Both the position numbers and the translations under genes were made by a program. Positions 36,907-47,706 of a stretch of DNA of 64,000 nt are shown piece by piece. Position 1 is the first letter of the stretch, and each line of letters starts with the position of its first letter. The DNA is taken from NCBI GenBank assembly GCA_963666215.2, contig CAXWPL010000005.1, forward strand, positions 864,001 through 928,000, given 5' to 3'. This DNA is from Acidobacteriota bacterium. Lineage in GTDB: Bacteria > Acidobacteriota > UBA890 > WLXD01. The notes beneath the pieces are model-generated. The model saw nothing but the letters and a program-made list of their open reading frames with translations, made no database searches and was not told the origin of the DNA.

Positions 36907-39616
36907 CTATTCCAAACGCAGGGCCGTGATCGGATCGACCCGCGTCGCTCGGTAGGCCGGCATGCAGCTGGCTATCAGCCCCACCGTCAGCACCAGCAAG
37001 CCGACCGCTACCAGCGTGGCGGGATCGTGTGGAGTCACCTCGAAGAGCAACGTCGCCATCAACGCCCGCGCCGCCCAAAACGCCAACAGCAAGCCGAGCA
37101 CGACGCCGGCGCCGACGCGGGCCATGCTCGAGCGCACGACCAAACGAAGTACCTCGCCCCGCGCGGCACCAAGCGCCAACCGGATGCCAAACTCCCGGGT
37201 CCGCTGCGCCACCGAGTAGGCGACCACACCGTAGACGCCGACCGTACCCAACAGCAGCCCAACGGCGGCAAACGCGGCAAGCAGCAGCAGCGTGAAGCGC
37301 GGCTGGGAGACGATCCCCGCGACAGCTGTCTCCATCGTCTGCAGACCATTGATCGGCAGATCCGGATCGATCGTCCAAACTCTTTGTCGTGCCGCGGCGG
37401 CCAGGGCAAGCGGGTCGCCGCTCGTGCGGATTGCGATGCCGAGGTCGCGATCGAGCCAAGGGCCTCCCGTTTGGACCTCGATGTGCGGCAGGTAAATTCC
37501 CGGCCGCGGCGGCACTCCCGGGCCGCGATTGAGATGGTCCCCCACGACACCGACAACCGTCCTCCAGGTCGTGTCGGTGTTCATCAGCAGCCGCTTGCCG
37601 AGCACTTCCTCGTCGGGCCAGTAGAGCCGAGCCATCGTCTCGGTAACGATCACCGCCGGCGCCGCCACGGCGTCCTCGGGAAGGAACCTCCGGCCGCGCA
37701 GAAGCGGCAAGCCGACGGCCTCGAAATAGTCGCCCACCACGTTGGCGTAGTCGGGCCCCGGGAGGTCGGGGTCGGGCTCGCGACCCTCGACCTGCACGCC
37801 CCAGTTCGACGGGAACCGAATCAGCGGTAGCCAGCTCACCGCCCCGGCCGATTCGACACCGGGCAACGCAGCCACGTCGCCAACCAGTCTCTCGAAGAAG
37901 CCCGTGACGTCGTCGTTAGCCGGGTAGCGCGCGGCAGGAACAAACACGTTGAAGGTCAACCAACGCTGGGTCTCGATGCCGAGATCAACTCGGGTGAGCC
38001 GCCAGAAGCTGCGCGCCATGAGCCCTGCGCCGCTCATGAGGACGAACACGAGGGCCACCTCGGCAACCGCCAGGCCGCCACGGTAGCGCCCCGCGGCCGC
38101 GGAGTGCGTCGAACCGCGATCGCTGCCACCGAGTGATCGAGCCAGGCTCGTACGTCCGGCCCCCAGCGCCGGCACGAGCCCGAATAGCAGGCCAGTCGCG
38201 AGAGTGATCGCCAGCGCAAACACTAGAACATTGCCGTCGAGTTGAATCTCAGCGCTTCGCGGCATGCTGCCTGGCACGAGAGCCATCAGCCCATCGAAGG
38301 TCACGCTCGTAACGATGAGCCCGAACGCTCCGCCAAGCAGCGCGAAGAGCGTGCTCTCGACGAGCAGCTGGCGGACCACGCGCCCGCGTCCCGCGCCGAG
38401 CGCGAAGCGCAGCGCCACTTCACGCTGTCGAGATTCGGCGCGTGCCATCAGGAGGTTGGCAACATTCGTGCACGCGATCAACAGTAGCAATCCCACGGCA
38501 CCGAGCAGGGCCATCAGGGTCGGACGCATGGAGCCGACCATCACGTCGCGCAGCGGTTGAACCCGCGCAACGTGCGTCCCGTCGTGCTCGGGATGGTCGG
38601 CCAGCACGCCGGCGATAACGGCGTCGATTCTTTTGGTCGCTTGCTCGATACCGGTTTCGGGCCGCAACTTGCCGGTGATCGAGCTGCTGTGCGACAGGAA
38701 GTTGGGCGGCGGCGTGCTCGCTGGGTCGAGCGCGAGCGGCAGCCAGACGTCGGTTCCCGGGAAGTAGTCGAACCCCGCGGGCATGATGCCGACGATCGTC
38801 CGTTTGGCGCCATCCACCTGCAGCAGCGCGCCAACGGCTTCGGGGGGCTCCGCCGAGCAACCGCCGCCAAACGCCGTGACTGATCACCACCACAGCATCC
38901 GCGCCGGCGGCGTCTTCCTCGGGCAGAAACGTTCGTCCGTCGGCAGCCGCAACACCGAAGACGTCGAAGAAGTCGTGCATCACGTACGCCGCTGATACCT
39001 GCAGCGGCTCGTCACCGCCACTCAGATTGACGAAGTCGAGCGTGAACCCGGCGATCGACTCGAATACCTCCCCCAGACGATCATCGTCCAGGTAGGCAAC
39101 AATCTCGCCCGGCGAGATCGGGTTGCGGTATTGCCGGTTTTCGGCGTCGCCGTTCCAAACCCGCACAATGCGCTCAGCGTCCTCGTACGGCAGCGGACGC
39201 AGCAGCACACCGTTCACCACGCTGAAAATCGCCGTGTTGGCACCGATCCCGAGCGCCAACGTCAGTACGACGATCGCCGTGAAGCCAGGGTTCAGCCGCG
39301 CCCAGCGAAGCGCGAAGCGAAGATCCGTCAAACAGGACAGGAGCATGTTGCTCAGCCCGGTCGCACTCGCCGAGCGCCCCGCCCTAGCGTGATCCGATTG
39401 AGCGCGGCCGGCGCCGCGCCCGGGGCGAAGAACAGGTGCGATCGAGGCCAGCGTCTGGCGCCAGAACCAGCGGCGCGCCTGGCTGGTCTCACTGGCGGCG
39501 GCGAGCTCGGCATGCTTCTCGGCCAGATCGCCCAGCACCTGATCACGAATGTCACGTGGCAGAATGCTCTGCAGAAACAGCGAAGCCAGCCGCGGCGGAT
39601 GGATGTTGCGCTTCAT
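36907..39616 (-). pseudogene. ADOP-type duplicated MacB/FtsX ABC permease, frameshifted in a G6 run at 38842-38847
   Basis: [54 protein letters not shown]; removing one base restores [15 protein letters not shown]. Confidence 0.88.
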
Positions 39617-40005
39617 CGCGAGCTCCTCGCGGCCTTCGACGGGGTCGTCTCCAGAGAGCCAAGAGTCTCCACATTGAGGTCGATGCCGGCCCAGAAGCTG
39701 TCCAGCTGCTCGCGTGAGCGACGTAGCGCCTGCAATCCAGCTTCCTCGATGTTGAAGAACTTCTTGGCTCGTCCTCCACGAACAGGAGTTGCCTCGCCGA
39801 GAGACGCCGAAAGGTAGCCCTTGCCCTCGAGGCGCGAAAGGGTCACGTAAACCGCCGTAACCGCGACCTCGCGTGGACTGCGCCGCCCGATCTCTTCGTG
39901 AATCGCCTTGCCGTAAGCGTTATCGCCGAGCCGTAGCAAAGCGAGCAGGACAATCTGTTCGAACTCGCCGAGGTACCCGTGGGTTCCCATTCTGCCTCCG
40001 AACAT
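39613..40005 (-). CDS. PadR-family regulator (acidobacterial type)
   Basis: [36 protein letters not shown]; stop overlaps the permease start. Confidence 0.92.
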   Translation of the reverse strand: MFGGRMGTHGYLGEFEQIVLLALLRLGDNAYGKAIHEEIGRRSPREVAVTAVYVTLSRLEGKGYLSASLGEATPVRGGRAKKFFNIEEAGLQALRRSREQLDSFWAGIDLNVETLGSLETTPSKAARSSR

Positions 40006-40036
40006 CGTTACGGCCGGCGGACTCGCTGACCCCTAT

Positions 40037-40068
40037 CTTCAACATCGTTTACTTAAACATTGTTTAAG
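40037..40068. promoter_or_regulatory. Palindromic operator-like site upstream of padR
   Basis: Perfect CTTAAACA-T-TGTTTAAG at 40052-40068, plus a degenerate copy CTTCAACA-T-CGTTTACT at 40037-40053. Confidence 0.6.
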
Positions 40069-40107
40069 AAGTTCCGCAAGGGCCGGCTCCTGCTAACCTC
40101 GGCGCCC

Positions 40108-40857
40108 ATGAATCCTGACCCCGAACCTGCCGCGAGCACCCCACTGACCGCGGTCATCTGGGACTTCGACGGCACCCTCGTCGATACCCGCCCGCGCAAC
40201 CTGAGCGTGACTCGCCGTATCGCAGCCGCGCTACTCGGCGCGGACCCTCTGGCCATACCCGCCCTCGCCTCGCAGGAGGCGTACGACGCCGCGCTCGTGA
40301 AGCACCGCACGTGGCGCGACTTCTATCGTCAGGATCTCCGCCTGAACGACAAACAAGTCGGGCGCGCGGCAGCTCTTTGGGGCGAGGTCCACCTCAGCGA
40401 CGTCACGCGATGCGAGCCTTTCGACGGCATGCCACGCGTGCTCGAGCAATTCGGTCATCTGCCGCAGGGCATCGTGTCGAACAACTCGGGCGTCAATATC
40501 AGGGTGATGCTGCGCGACCTCGACCTCGACCATCATTTCAGCCGCGTCGTCGGCTACGAGGGACTCGACGCAAGAACCGAGAAGCCGCACCCACAGGTGC
40601 TGATCGACTGCATCGGTCACCTTACCGACCACGCGCCGGGACGCGTGCTTTACGTGGGCGATCATGAGACCGACATGGAGTGCGCGCTCAACGCCAATGC
40701 TCGATTCCGAGAGAAGAAGATCCCCGTCGAGGTGACCGCGGTCGGCGCGCTCTACGGACCCCACGTCGACGACAGCACCTGGAGCGCATCGCCCTACTAC
40801 CGCGCGTTGACACCCGAGACAATCCTCGACATCGCCCAGGCGATTACCGGACCGTAA
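40108..40857 (+). CDS. HAD-family phosphatase (Gph-like)
   Basis: WDFDGTLVD, IVSNN, KPHP, VGDHETD. Confidence 0.88.
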   Translation: MNPDPEPAASTPLTAVIWDFDGTLVDTRPRNLSVTRRIAAALLGADPLAIPALASQEAYDAALVKHRTWRDFYRQDLRLNDKQVGRAAALWGEVHLSDVTRCEPFDGMPRVLEQFGHLPQGIVSNNSGVNIRVMLRDLDLDHHFSRVVGYEGLDARTEKPHPQVLIDCIGHLTDHAPGRVLYVGDHETDMECALNANARFREKKIPVEVTAVGALYGPHVDDSTWSASPYYRALTPETILDIAQAITGP

Positions 40858-40969
40858 GGAATCGCTTCCATCTCCCGACGGACTCGCAGCATGTGCACCT
40901 TCAAGCATTCGGCCGGCGGCCTGGGCGAGTACCCCAATCCACAACAACAACGCGCAGGAGCGCCGCCTG

Positions 40970-41593
40970 ATGTCTCTCACCGTCCAATCACGCTCCGATC
41001 GAGTCCGTTTCGACTCGCTTGCCACGCCGAGAGCCGCCGCGGCCCTTCCCGCGTGGCTCGCGTGGCTCTCTGTGCTCCCTCTTGTGGCAGTAGCCACAAA
41101 CAGCAACGCCACCGAGCTGGCGAGCGGGGGCGCGCTGGATCCTCGCATCGGAGGGCAAGAAACACCGAGCGACCTGCCCGCGGCGATCGTGGCGTCGGTG
41201 GCGCAGCTCGAGTGGTTGGCCGGCCGCTGGCGTGGGACCTTCGGCGATTCACCGTATGTGGAAGACCGCACCAGCGCGGCTGGCGGCATGATGCTGTGGA
41301 TGGCCAAGACTTTCCGCAATGAAAGCCTTGTCTTCTTCGAGTTCGGCGCCTTCGTCGATGTCGACGGCGGGGTGCTGATGACCCCCTACCCGCGCGGCCA
41401 GCAAGCCGCCAGCTTCACGCTTGTCGAGCTCGAGACCTCGCCACCTCGCGCCGTCTTCGACAATCCCGACAACGACTTCCCTACCCGCTTTGTCTATGAA
41501 CTGACGGGAGACAACAGCATGCGCATCACGCTGCTCGGCGCGGAAGGCGAGGCTGGACGGACCCAGCGCCTGGATCTCGAGCGCCTGCCCTGA
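40970..41593 (+). CDS. Exported DUF6265-like protein
   Basis: LEWLAGRWRG, GGMML, FFEF, AVFDNPDNDFPTRFVY. Confidence 0.65.
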   Translation: MSLTVQSRSDRVRFDSLATPRAAAALPAWLAWLSVLPLVAVATNSNATELASGGALDPRIGGQETPSDLPAAIVASVAQLEWLAGRWRGTFGDSPYVEDRTSAAGGMMLWMAKTFRNESLVFFEFGAFVDVDGGVLMTPYPRGQQAASFTLVELETSPPRAVFDNPDNDFPTRFVYELTGDNSMRITLLGAEGEAGRTQRLDLERLP

Positions 41594-41617
41594 AACCTCC
41601 GTGCTGCGGCGGGTGAG

Positions 41618-42385
41618 CTACATCTCCCACAGGCGAACTCGACGGCGACAACCCTCGCAGCACGCCGCAGCCACGTAGTCGCCAGCCCGGTCGCAACGCG
41701 GCAGAGAAACGAAGCTCCATCGCTCAGGGTCGTCTCCATCCATGTCGGTCCACGCCAGCCGTGGCGGCTCACTTGTCAGGTCGAGTCCGAAAGAGCGCGG
41801 CGGCAGCGACAGCCCGGTTCCGATTGCCTTCAGGTAGGCTTCCTTCAACGTCCACGTGCGGTAGAACGCCTCGCGCCACTCCGCGGGCGGCCGACTCAGC
41901 ACCACCTCACCTTCCTCGGGAACGAAGAATCGCCGCGCCAGGCGCTCAAACGGGCGTTCGGCGCGAGCATGCTCTACGTCGACTCCAAGCTCGGCTCCGG
42001 GTGCCACGCCGATCAGCGCCAGCTCGTGCGAGTGCGAGAGGTTGAACCCGAGCGTCTGTCCCGCCGCGAGCTCTACCAGGTAGGGCTTGCCGTGGTCGCC
42101 GTACGAGAACTGGATGTCGGCGGGCGGCCGGTCGATGTAACGCGCTAGCACGCGACGCAGAGCGTTCTGGCCGGCCGCGAACTGCTCGCGCTTGGCGTCG
42201 ATACGTAGCCGTTCGAGCCGCGCCCGCTCGCGCTCACCCAGCAGTCCGAGGTCGACAGCGAGATCGGCCAACGGAACGCGCCACAGGTCGAGCTCCGTCG
42301 CGTCCGGCGGCCGCCAATCCGACGCACTCCGCCAGCGCCCAGGGTGCTCATCCACCACCCCCGAGACCTCGCTGTGGCGGCTCAT
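41618..42385 (-). CDS. Sfp/HetI-type 4'-phosphopantetheinyl transferase
   Basis: HGKPYL, FNLSHS, LGVDVE, WTLKEAYLKAIGTGL. Confidence 0.92.
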   Translation of the reverse strand: MSRHSEVSGVVDEHPGRWRSASDWRPPDATELDLWRVPLADLAVDLGLLGERERARLERLRIDAKREQFAAGQNALRRVLARYIDRPPADIQFSYGDHGKPYLVELAAGQTLGFNLSHSHELALIGVAPGAELGVDVEHARAERPFERLARRFFVPEEGEVVLSRPPAEWREAFYRTWTLKEAYLKAIGTGLSLPPRSFGLDLTSEPPRLAWTDMDGDDPERWSFVSLPRCDRAGDYVAAACCEGCRRRVRLWEM

Positions 42386-42729
42386 GGCTCGTTTCCCATC
42401 TCTGCAGACTCTCCGACGGCCCCAGTCGTTCGTTTCAAATCACCCGACGTGTCGAGCAGACTCGTGTTGGGCCCACCGTCTCGACCATCTCGCCACTGCC
42501 CACGGTCGCGGTCGAGGCATCGTACACCGGCGGCCTCGGCGGGAATCGAGCGGACAACCGCGGCCAGATCGGGACAGTGAACCACCGACTGCCATCTGCG
42601 CTCGGCTACACTCGGCGCCCTGTTCCCTCACCTTCCAGAGTCGCGCCGAACGACTCCGCTCACCAAGCTGAGCGTGTTGCGCAAGGCGAGAACGACCGCG
42701 GTGGACGAAGCTCTCGAGCGAGTCAACTC

Positions 42730-43338
42730 ATGAAAAGAACCGATCGAGGGGTCGCAGTCGCCCCGATGAGCCCGGCCGCGGCGATCACCGCCGTCGTGCT
42801 CGCGACCCTCGTGGTCGCTTGGGCGACTCCCATGAGCTACGGCGCGCAGGACACGGCGGCATTGCGCTCGGCGTTGCAACGACTGCAGGCTCGCGACCTC
42901 GACGGCCGAGTTTGGAATCTGGAGCGCCTCCAAGGTCGCGTGATCCTCGTCGATTTTTGGGCAAGCTGGTGCGCGCCCTGTCTACGCGAGATCCCCTACA
43001 TGAAGGCCACCCGAGCCCGGGCGGGTCGTGAGAACTTCGAGATCGTCGGCATCAACCTCGATACGTTCAACGAGCAACGTCTGGTGACCTGGTTGGATCA
43101 ACACAACATCGACTGGCCACAAGTACACCAACAGCGCGGTTTCCACGACGACCTGCCGCGGCTGTTCGGCGTCGGCAAGCTGCCGACCTCGTTCCTCCTT
43201 GATCGCCAAGGCCGCGTCCGTGGTGTCGACCTCCGCGGCGCCAAGCTCACTCGAATGGTCCAGGAGCTGGTCGCGGAGTCGCCCTCGGCCGAGACACCTC
43301 AGGCCAACGATTTGCGGCTGAAGCGGCCCTCCAGGTAG
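42730..43338 (+). CDS. TlpA-family redoxin
   Basis: Hydrophobic anchor; LVDFWASWCAPC, VGINLD, LPTSFLLD; start uncertain (ORF open from 42577). Confidence 0.88.
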   Translation: MKRTDRGVAVAPMSPAAAITAVVLATLVVAWATPMSYGAQDTAALRSALQRLQARDLDGRVWNLERLQGRVILVDFWASWCAPCLREIPYMKATRARAGRENFEIVGINLDTFNEQRLVTWLDQHNIDWPQVHQQRGFHDDLPRLFGVGKLPTSFLLDRQGRVRGVDLRGAKLTRMVQELVAESPSAETPQANDLRLKRPSR

Positions 43339-44146
43339 CGGCAGACCGACCGAAAACCGAGCCGCTCGTAGCAGCGCACGGCCGCGACGTTGTCGGCCTG
43401 CACGTTCAGGCCAATCAGCTCGATGCCGGCCACCGACAGGTCTCTGACGATCGCGGCCGCGACGCGGGTGGCGTGTCCGTGACCCCGGTGCTGAGGCCCG
43501 GTTGCTACGTTGCCGATTGCGGCCACGCCATATCGCATCGAGTTCACGTGCACGCCACCCACACGAACGAGCTCCTGGTGCGCTCGAATGCCGTAGCAGG
43601 GACCCAGCTCCAGGAGGTACGGGTCGAAAAATCGGCCCTCGTCCTCTCCGGGCGAGTAGGCGCCCTCGGCATAGAAGCGACAGACCTCGTCGCCGTCATC
43701 GACGCCCAGGCTCACCAGCTGTCCGATCTTCGCCGGCGTGGCCGCCGCGTCGAGCTCGCTCTCGCCTGCGGCCCGCGATCGCGGAAGCGACATCTTGACG
43801 TGCTCCGGCCCGAGCCCACCCGCGTGAGTGCTCCCGAAGACGTTGCCGAGGCCAGTGTCCGTGTGGCGTGGAAGGTGTCGGGAAGCGAGCCGGAGATCGT
43901 GCGCAAAAGGTCGCCCGTGGCGCGATGCCCGGGTGGGCAAACCGCATACACCACCGGCGGCACAACCTTCTCGAGTATCAGGCACACGGCCTCAATCGCC
44001 GCGGTCGCCGGATTGACCTGCCCATACCAGGTGCTGTGCGGCCAGAAGAAGTCGTCGAGATCAGCAAGCGCGTAGACGTCGAGGTCGGCTGCTTGCCGCA
44101 GGTACGACTCGATGGCCGATCGGTTCGCCAGTCGCACGACGTTCAT
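43299..44146 (-). pseudogene. GNAT acetyltransferase, frameshifted near 43860
   Basis: N-part MNVVRL...YALADLDDFFWP in one frame; C-part GGVHV..AAIGNVATGPQHRGHG..NVAAVRCYERLGF in another. Confidence 0.75.
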
Positions 44147-44400
44147 CGTCGCAGTATGCGTTATCGACCGCGTTCCCGATGGTCGCGGTGTGATGCAGGC
44201 CACGGCCACACACATGTCCAGGGCCTCACCCGTGTAACCACCAGCCGACGGTCAGCGAAGTAGACGCAACGCGCAACGGAAGCTCGCGCTAGGAGCCCGG
44301 ATCGACGAGCCCCCAGCAAGAGCGAATCGATGCGTCGGCCCGCGGCGCCGCGGCCCATCCACTCCGTCGTACACGTTGAATTCCCCTGGAGCTTGCACAC

Positions 44401-45057
44401 ATGCGCAAGTACATCGCACTTCGTCTAGCCGCTACGGTGGCTGCCGTACCCTTTCTGACGCTCTCGGCGATCGCCGCCACCCCTTCCAGCGCCGGCCCGG
44501 CCGGCCTTTCCAGCAGTGCTCGCGTCTGGAACGTCGACACGGCGCACACCGAGGTCAACTTCTCGGTGAAGCACTTCTTCACCCCCATCACCGGCAGTTT
44601 CCAGGACTACGACGTCGAGCTGATGTTCGACAAGGACGACCCCGCCAACAGCAAGGTTTCGGCCAGGATTGCCGTCGGAAGTGTCAACACCGGCAACGAG
44701 GGCCGTGACAACCACCTGCGCTCGGACGACTGGTTCGAGGCCGACAAGTACCCCTACATCACGTTCGAGAGTAGCTCGGTCCGGCAGATATCGGAGACGG
44801 CTCTGGTTGCGGTCGGCGACCTCACGATCAAGGACGTCACGCGCAGAGTCGAGTTGCCCATCGAGCTGCTCGGCCTCAAGCAGATTCCCGAGCAGATGCG
44901 CGGCATGATGGGCGGCATCACCGAGGCGGCGGGATTCAGCACTGGGCTCGAGATCAACCGCAACGAGTTCAACGTGGGCGTCGGCTCGTGGGCCGCAACG
45001 ATGATCGTCGGTGACCAGGTGAACATCCAGATCCGCGTCGAGGCCAACCATAAATAG
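44401..45057 (+). CDS. YceI-family polyisoprenoid-binding protein
   Basis: Signal peptide; WNVDTAHTEVNFSVKH, RDNHLRSDDWF, GDLTIKDVT. Confidence 0.92.
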   Translation: MRKYIALRLAATVAAVPFLTLSAIAATPSSAGPAGLSSSARVWNVDTAHTEVNFSVKHFFTPITGSFQDYDVELMFDKDDPANSKVSARIAVGSVNTGNEGRDNHLRSDDWFEADKYPYITFESSSVRQISETALVAVGDLTIKDVTRRVELPIELLGLKQIPEQMRGMMGGITEAAGFSTGLEINRNEFNVGVGSWAATMIVGDQVNIQIRVEANHK

Positions 45058-45103
45058 GCAACGCGGTGGCCGCCGACAGGCAACCTGTCGACAGCGCGTT
45101 CTC

Positions 45104-45136
45104 GGGAGGGGCCGGCTACGACGCCGGCCCTTTCTC
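45104..45136 (+). terminator. Intrinsic terminator-like hairpin after yceI
   Basis: GGGCCGGC-TACGAC-GCCGGCCC followed by TTTCTC; a second hairpin CGACAGG-CAA-CCTGTCG at 45074-45090. Confidence 0.55.
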
Positions 45137-45187
45137 GTTCCTCTGAGCAAGCGTGATTCAGATCCTACGAGCGAAACTGGCGCTGAG

Positions 45188-46624
45188 CTACTGAATGTAG
45201 CCCATGGCTCGCAGGCGCTCGAGATCCTCCTCTTCGAGCTCACGCTCCACCAGCGGGTGCGACGCGGCAAACAGTGCGTTCTCCTCCATCCGCTCGCGCA
45301 GCAACGTTCGCGCCCGTTCGATCTGCTCGGCCGGCCAGTCCGCGGCGCGATCGCGGGCCTCGCCCGGATCGCTCGCGAGGTCGTACACCTCGACCGTGTT
45401 CGCAGCGAAGTCGAAGATGTACTTCGCCGAGTCCACATAGACAGCCTTGATCGTTCCGCGTGCCGGAACCTCCGCGAACGCGAGCTGAGTCCCGAGGTCT
45501 CCCGGCGATACATCCAGCAGCGGCAGGAGGCTGTTGCCGGCGAGCCCTTCGGGAACGGGCAGCGCGGCCGCATCGAGCAGGGTCGGCATCATGTCCACCA
45601 TCTCGGCGAGCACATCGGTGCGACGGCCGGAGTGCTGGCCTCGGGGAAGCTTCAGGATGATCGGCACGTGCAGGAGCTCGCCGTAAAGACTCTCTCCCGC
45701 GTGCTTGTACGTGCCGTGCTCGTAGAACGCCTCGCCGTGGTCCGAAGTGAGCAAGATCAGGGTGTCGTCGTAGCGGCCAGTGCGTTGCAGGTAGTCAACG
45801 GCGTCGCCCACGAGGTTGTCGAGGAACATCAGCTCGCTGTCGTACAGCGCCATCAGCTCGTCGCGATGCTCGGGCAGGAGCTCGAGCCGTTGCATGAATC
45901 GAGACTCCTCGTCGTGATCCCCACCAAGCGGCGGCAGCGTCCGCTCGGTGCGGAACACATCGCGGCGCTCAGCTGGCCGATACGGAAAATGGAGCTTCAA
46001 GAAGTGGAGATACGCGAAGAACGGAGCGTCACGCGTCGCTACTGGCCCCTCGACCCAGTCACTGAAGCGGTCCAGGACCCTACGATCGTTCTTCTTTTCG
46101 ACGTCATAGACGTCGAATCCCTGGGCGAACCCCATGTACTCCGGCATCTGCGCCTGATGGATAAAAGCGGCGGTAGCGTAGCCAGCGCGCTGGAACGCCT
46201 CGGCCAGCGTCGTGTAGTCCTCGGACAGAACATTGCCGCCACGGCGGCCCAAGACGCCACTGGCGATGCCGCCCTCCGGTTCCTGCTCTCGGTCGCCGGT
46301 GGGCACACGGTGCTGGCCGACGTAGAGCGAGCTGAACAGCGACGCAACCGACGGGCGCGTCCAGTTCGACTGCGCCACCGTGCGTTCGAAGACGATCCCG
46401 TCGCGCCCCAGCGCGTCGATCTGGGGCGAAGTCGGCCGTTCGTAGCCATAGGTCCCTAGATGATCGGCGCGTAAACAGTCGAGCAGCAGAACGAGCACGT
46501 TCGGTGTGCCGCTGGTGACGCCATCGCCGTTAGGCAAGCCCCCGCCGCAAGCGCCTGTCAGCACCAGGAACACGAGCGATCCGGAGACCGCTGCCGTCGT
46601 GCGCCTAGTCCGAGGTGAGGGCAT
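45188..46624 (-). CDS. Sulfatase-like alkaline-phosphatase-superfamily lipoprotein
   Basis: PNVLVLLLDCLRADHL, WTRPSVASLFSS, TSDHGE, HVPIILK, VYDLASDPGE, LRAMGY. Confidence 0.85.
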   Translation of the reverse strand: MPSPRTRRTTAAVSGSLVFLVLTGACGGGLPNGDGVTSGTPNVLVLLLDCLRADHLGTYGYERPTSPQIDALGRDGIVFERTVAQSNWTRPSVASLFSSLYVGQHRVPTGDREQEPEGGIASGVLGRRGGNVLSEDYTTLAEAFQRAGYATAAFIHQAQMPEYMGFAQGFDVYDVEKKNDRRVLDRFSDWVEGPVATRDAPFFAYLHFLKLHFPYRPAERRDVFRTERTLPPLGGDHDEESRFMQRLELLPEHRDELMALYDSELMFLDNLVGDAVDYLQRTGRYDDTLILLTSDHGEAFYEHGTYKHAGESLYGELLHVPIILKLPRGQHSGRRTDVLAEMVDMMPTLLDAAALPVPEGLAGNSLLPLLDVSPGDLGTQLAFAEVPARGTIKAVYVDSAKYIFDFAANTVEVYDLASDPGEARDRAADWPAEQIERARTLLRERMEENALFAASHPLVERELEEEDLERLRAMGYIQ

Positions 46625-47627
46625 CAACCCGTCCCGCGAGTAGGTCGGCGATCGGAGCCGTGTGCTCCATGCGCGCCAGCAGAATCTTGGCAACGGCGGT
46701 CATCGGTGTCGCCAGCAGCATCCCGACCACGCCCCACAGCATTCCCCAGACCACCAGCGCCATCAAAATCACGACCGGGTGCAGGTCAAGCGAGTCACCG
46801 ATCACCTTCGGCTCAACAACGTTGCCCATAACGAGCTGGATCGACCCCGGCACCGAAATCGCCAGTATGGCGGCCGTGTTCGAGATTTCCGGCGTCACCA
46901 GGACCACGGGCAGCGGCAGCAACGTCGCCACAATGGAGCCGACGCTGGGAATGAAGTTGAGCAGGAAGGCGGCGAGCCCGAAGACCATCGCCAGTTGCAC
47001 GCCGAGAACCGACAGAACCACACCCACCATGATTCCCGTAGCGGCGGAAATCAGCGCCTTGAAGACGACGTAGCGCTTGATCCTCACCTCGACCTCGCCG
47101 AGCAGGCCGCCCACCGGTTGCACACGAGCCTCGCGAGAGATCATCAGGAAAAGCATGAAGACGAGCACCAGGGCGCCACGGGAAACAATGTCGACGAGCG
47201 CGTTGCCGATACCGACAATCATCCCGCCTATCGTGCCCACGGGGATCTGTTGCAACACCGCGCCGCGATCAATCCCAAAGCGGGTGAGCGGTAACGAGTC
47301 GAGGGTGTTGTTGACGAGAACGGAGATCTGCTGCTGGTAAACGCCGGCATTGGCGATCAGATTTCCCACCGACACCGATACCAACGCGCCGAGCAGCGTC
47401 AGGATGAGAAAGCCGATGCCGAACGCGCCAACCACCGCGAGAATGCGCGGGAACCGCAGCCGGTTCATCTGCACGTCGACCAGCGGCGACAGCCCGAGCG
47501 TGAACAGCAGAGCCAGCACGAACGGAATCAACACCGGACGCAACCAGTACAGCACGCCGGCGACGGCGACGGTCGCGAGGATCAACAGACAGACGGTCTG
47601 GATGCGCTGCTCCCGCTGCACGATCAC
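46605..47627 (-). CDS. AI-2E family transporter
   Basis: LNFIPSVG, VEPKVIGDSLDLHP, WGVVGMLLATP. Confidence 0.9.
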   Translation of the reverse strand: MIVQREQRIQTVCLLILATVAVAGVLYWLRPVLIPFVLALLFTLGLSPLVDVQMNRLRFPRILAVVGAFGIGFLILTLLGALVSVSVGNLIANAGVYQQQISVLVNNTLDSLPLTRFGIDRGAVLQQIPVGTIGGMIVGIGNALVDIVSRGALVLVFMLFLMISREARVQPVGGLLGEVEVRIKRYVVFKALISAATGIMVGVVLSVLGVQLAMVFGLAAFLLNFIPSVGSIVATLLPLPVVLVTPEISNTAAILAISVPGSIQLVMGNVVEPKVIGDSLDLHPVVILMALVVWGMLWGVVGMLLATPMTAVAKILLARMEHTAPIADLLAGRVDALTSD

Positions 47628-47706
47628 GCGGGACGGCTCCAGATCGACGTGCGATCGAAGTCAGCTCGATCGAGTGGGCTGTACCCCACCATCGCGTCCG
47701 GAAGGG

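Noticed and set aside
38842-38847. Programmed frameshift or phase variation in the ADOP permease
   Set aside because: A single G6 run is short and typical of indel error or simple decay; no stimulatory signal seen.
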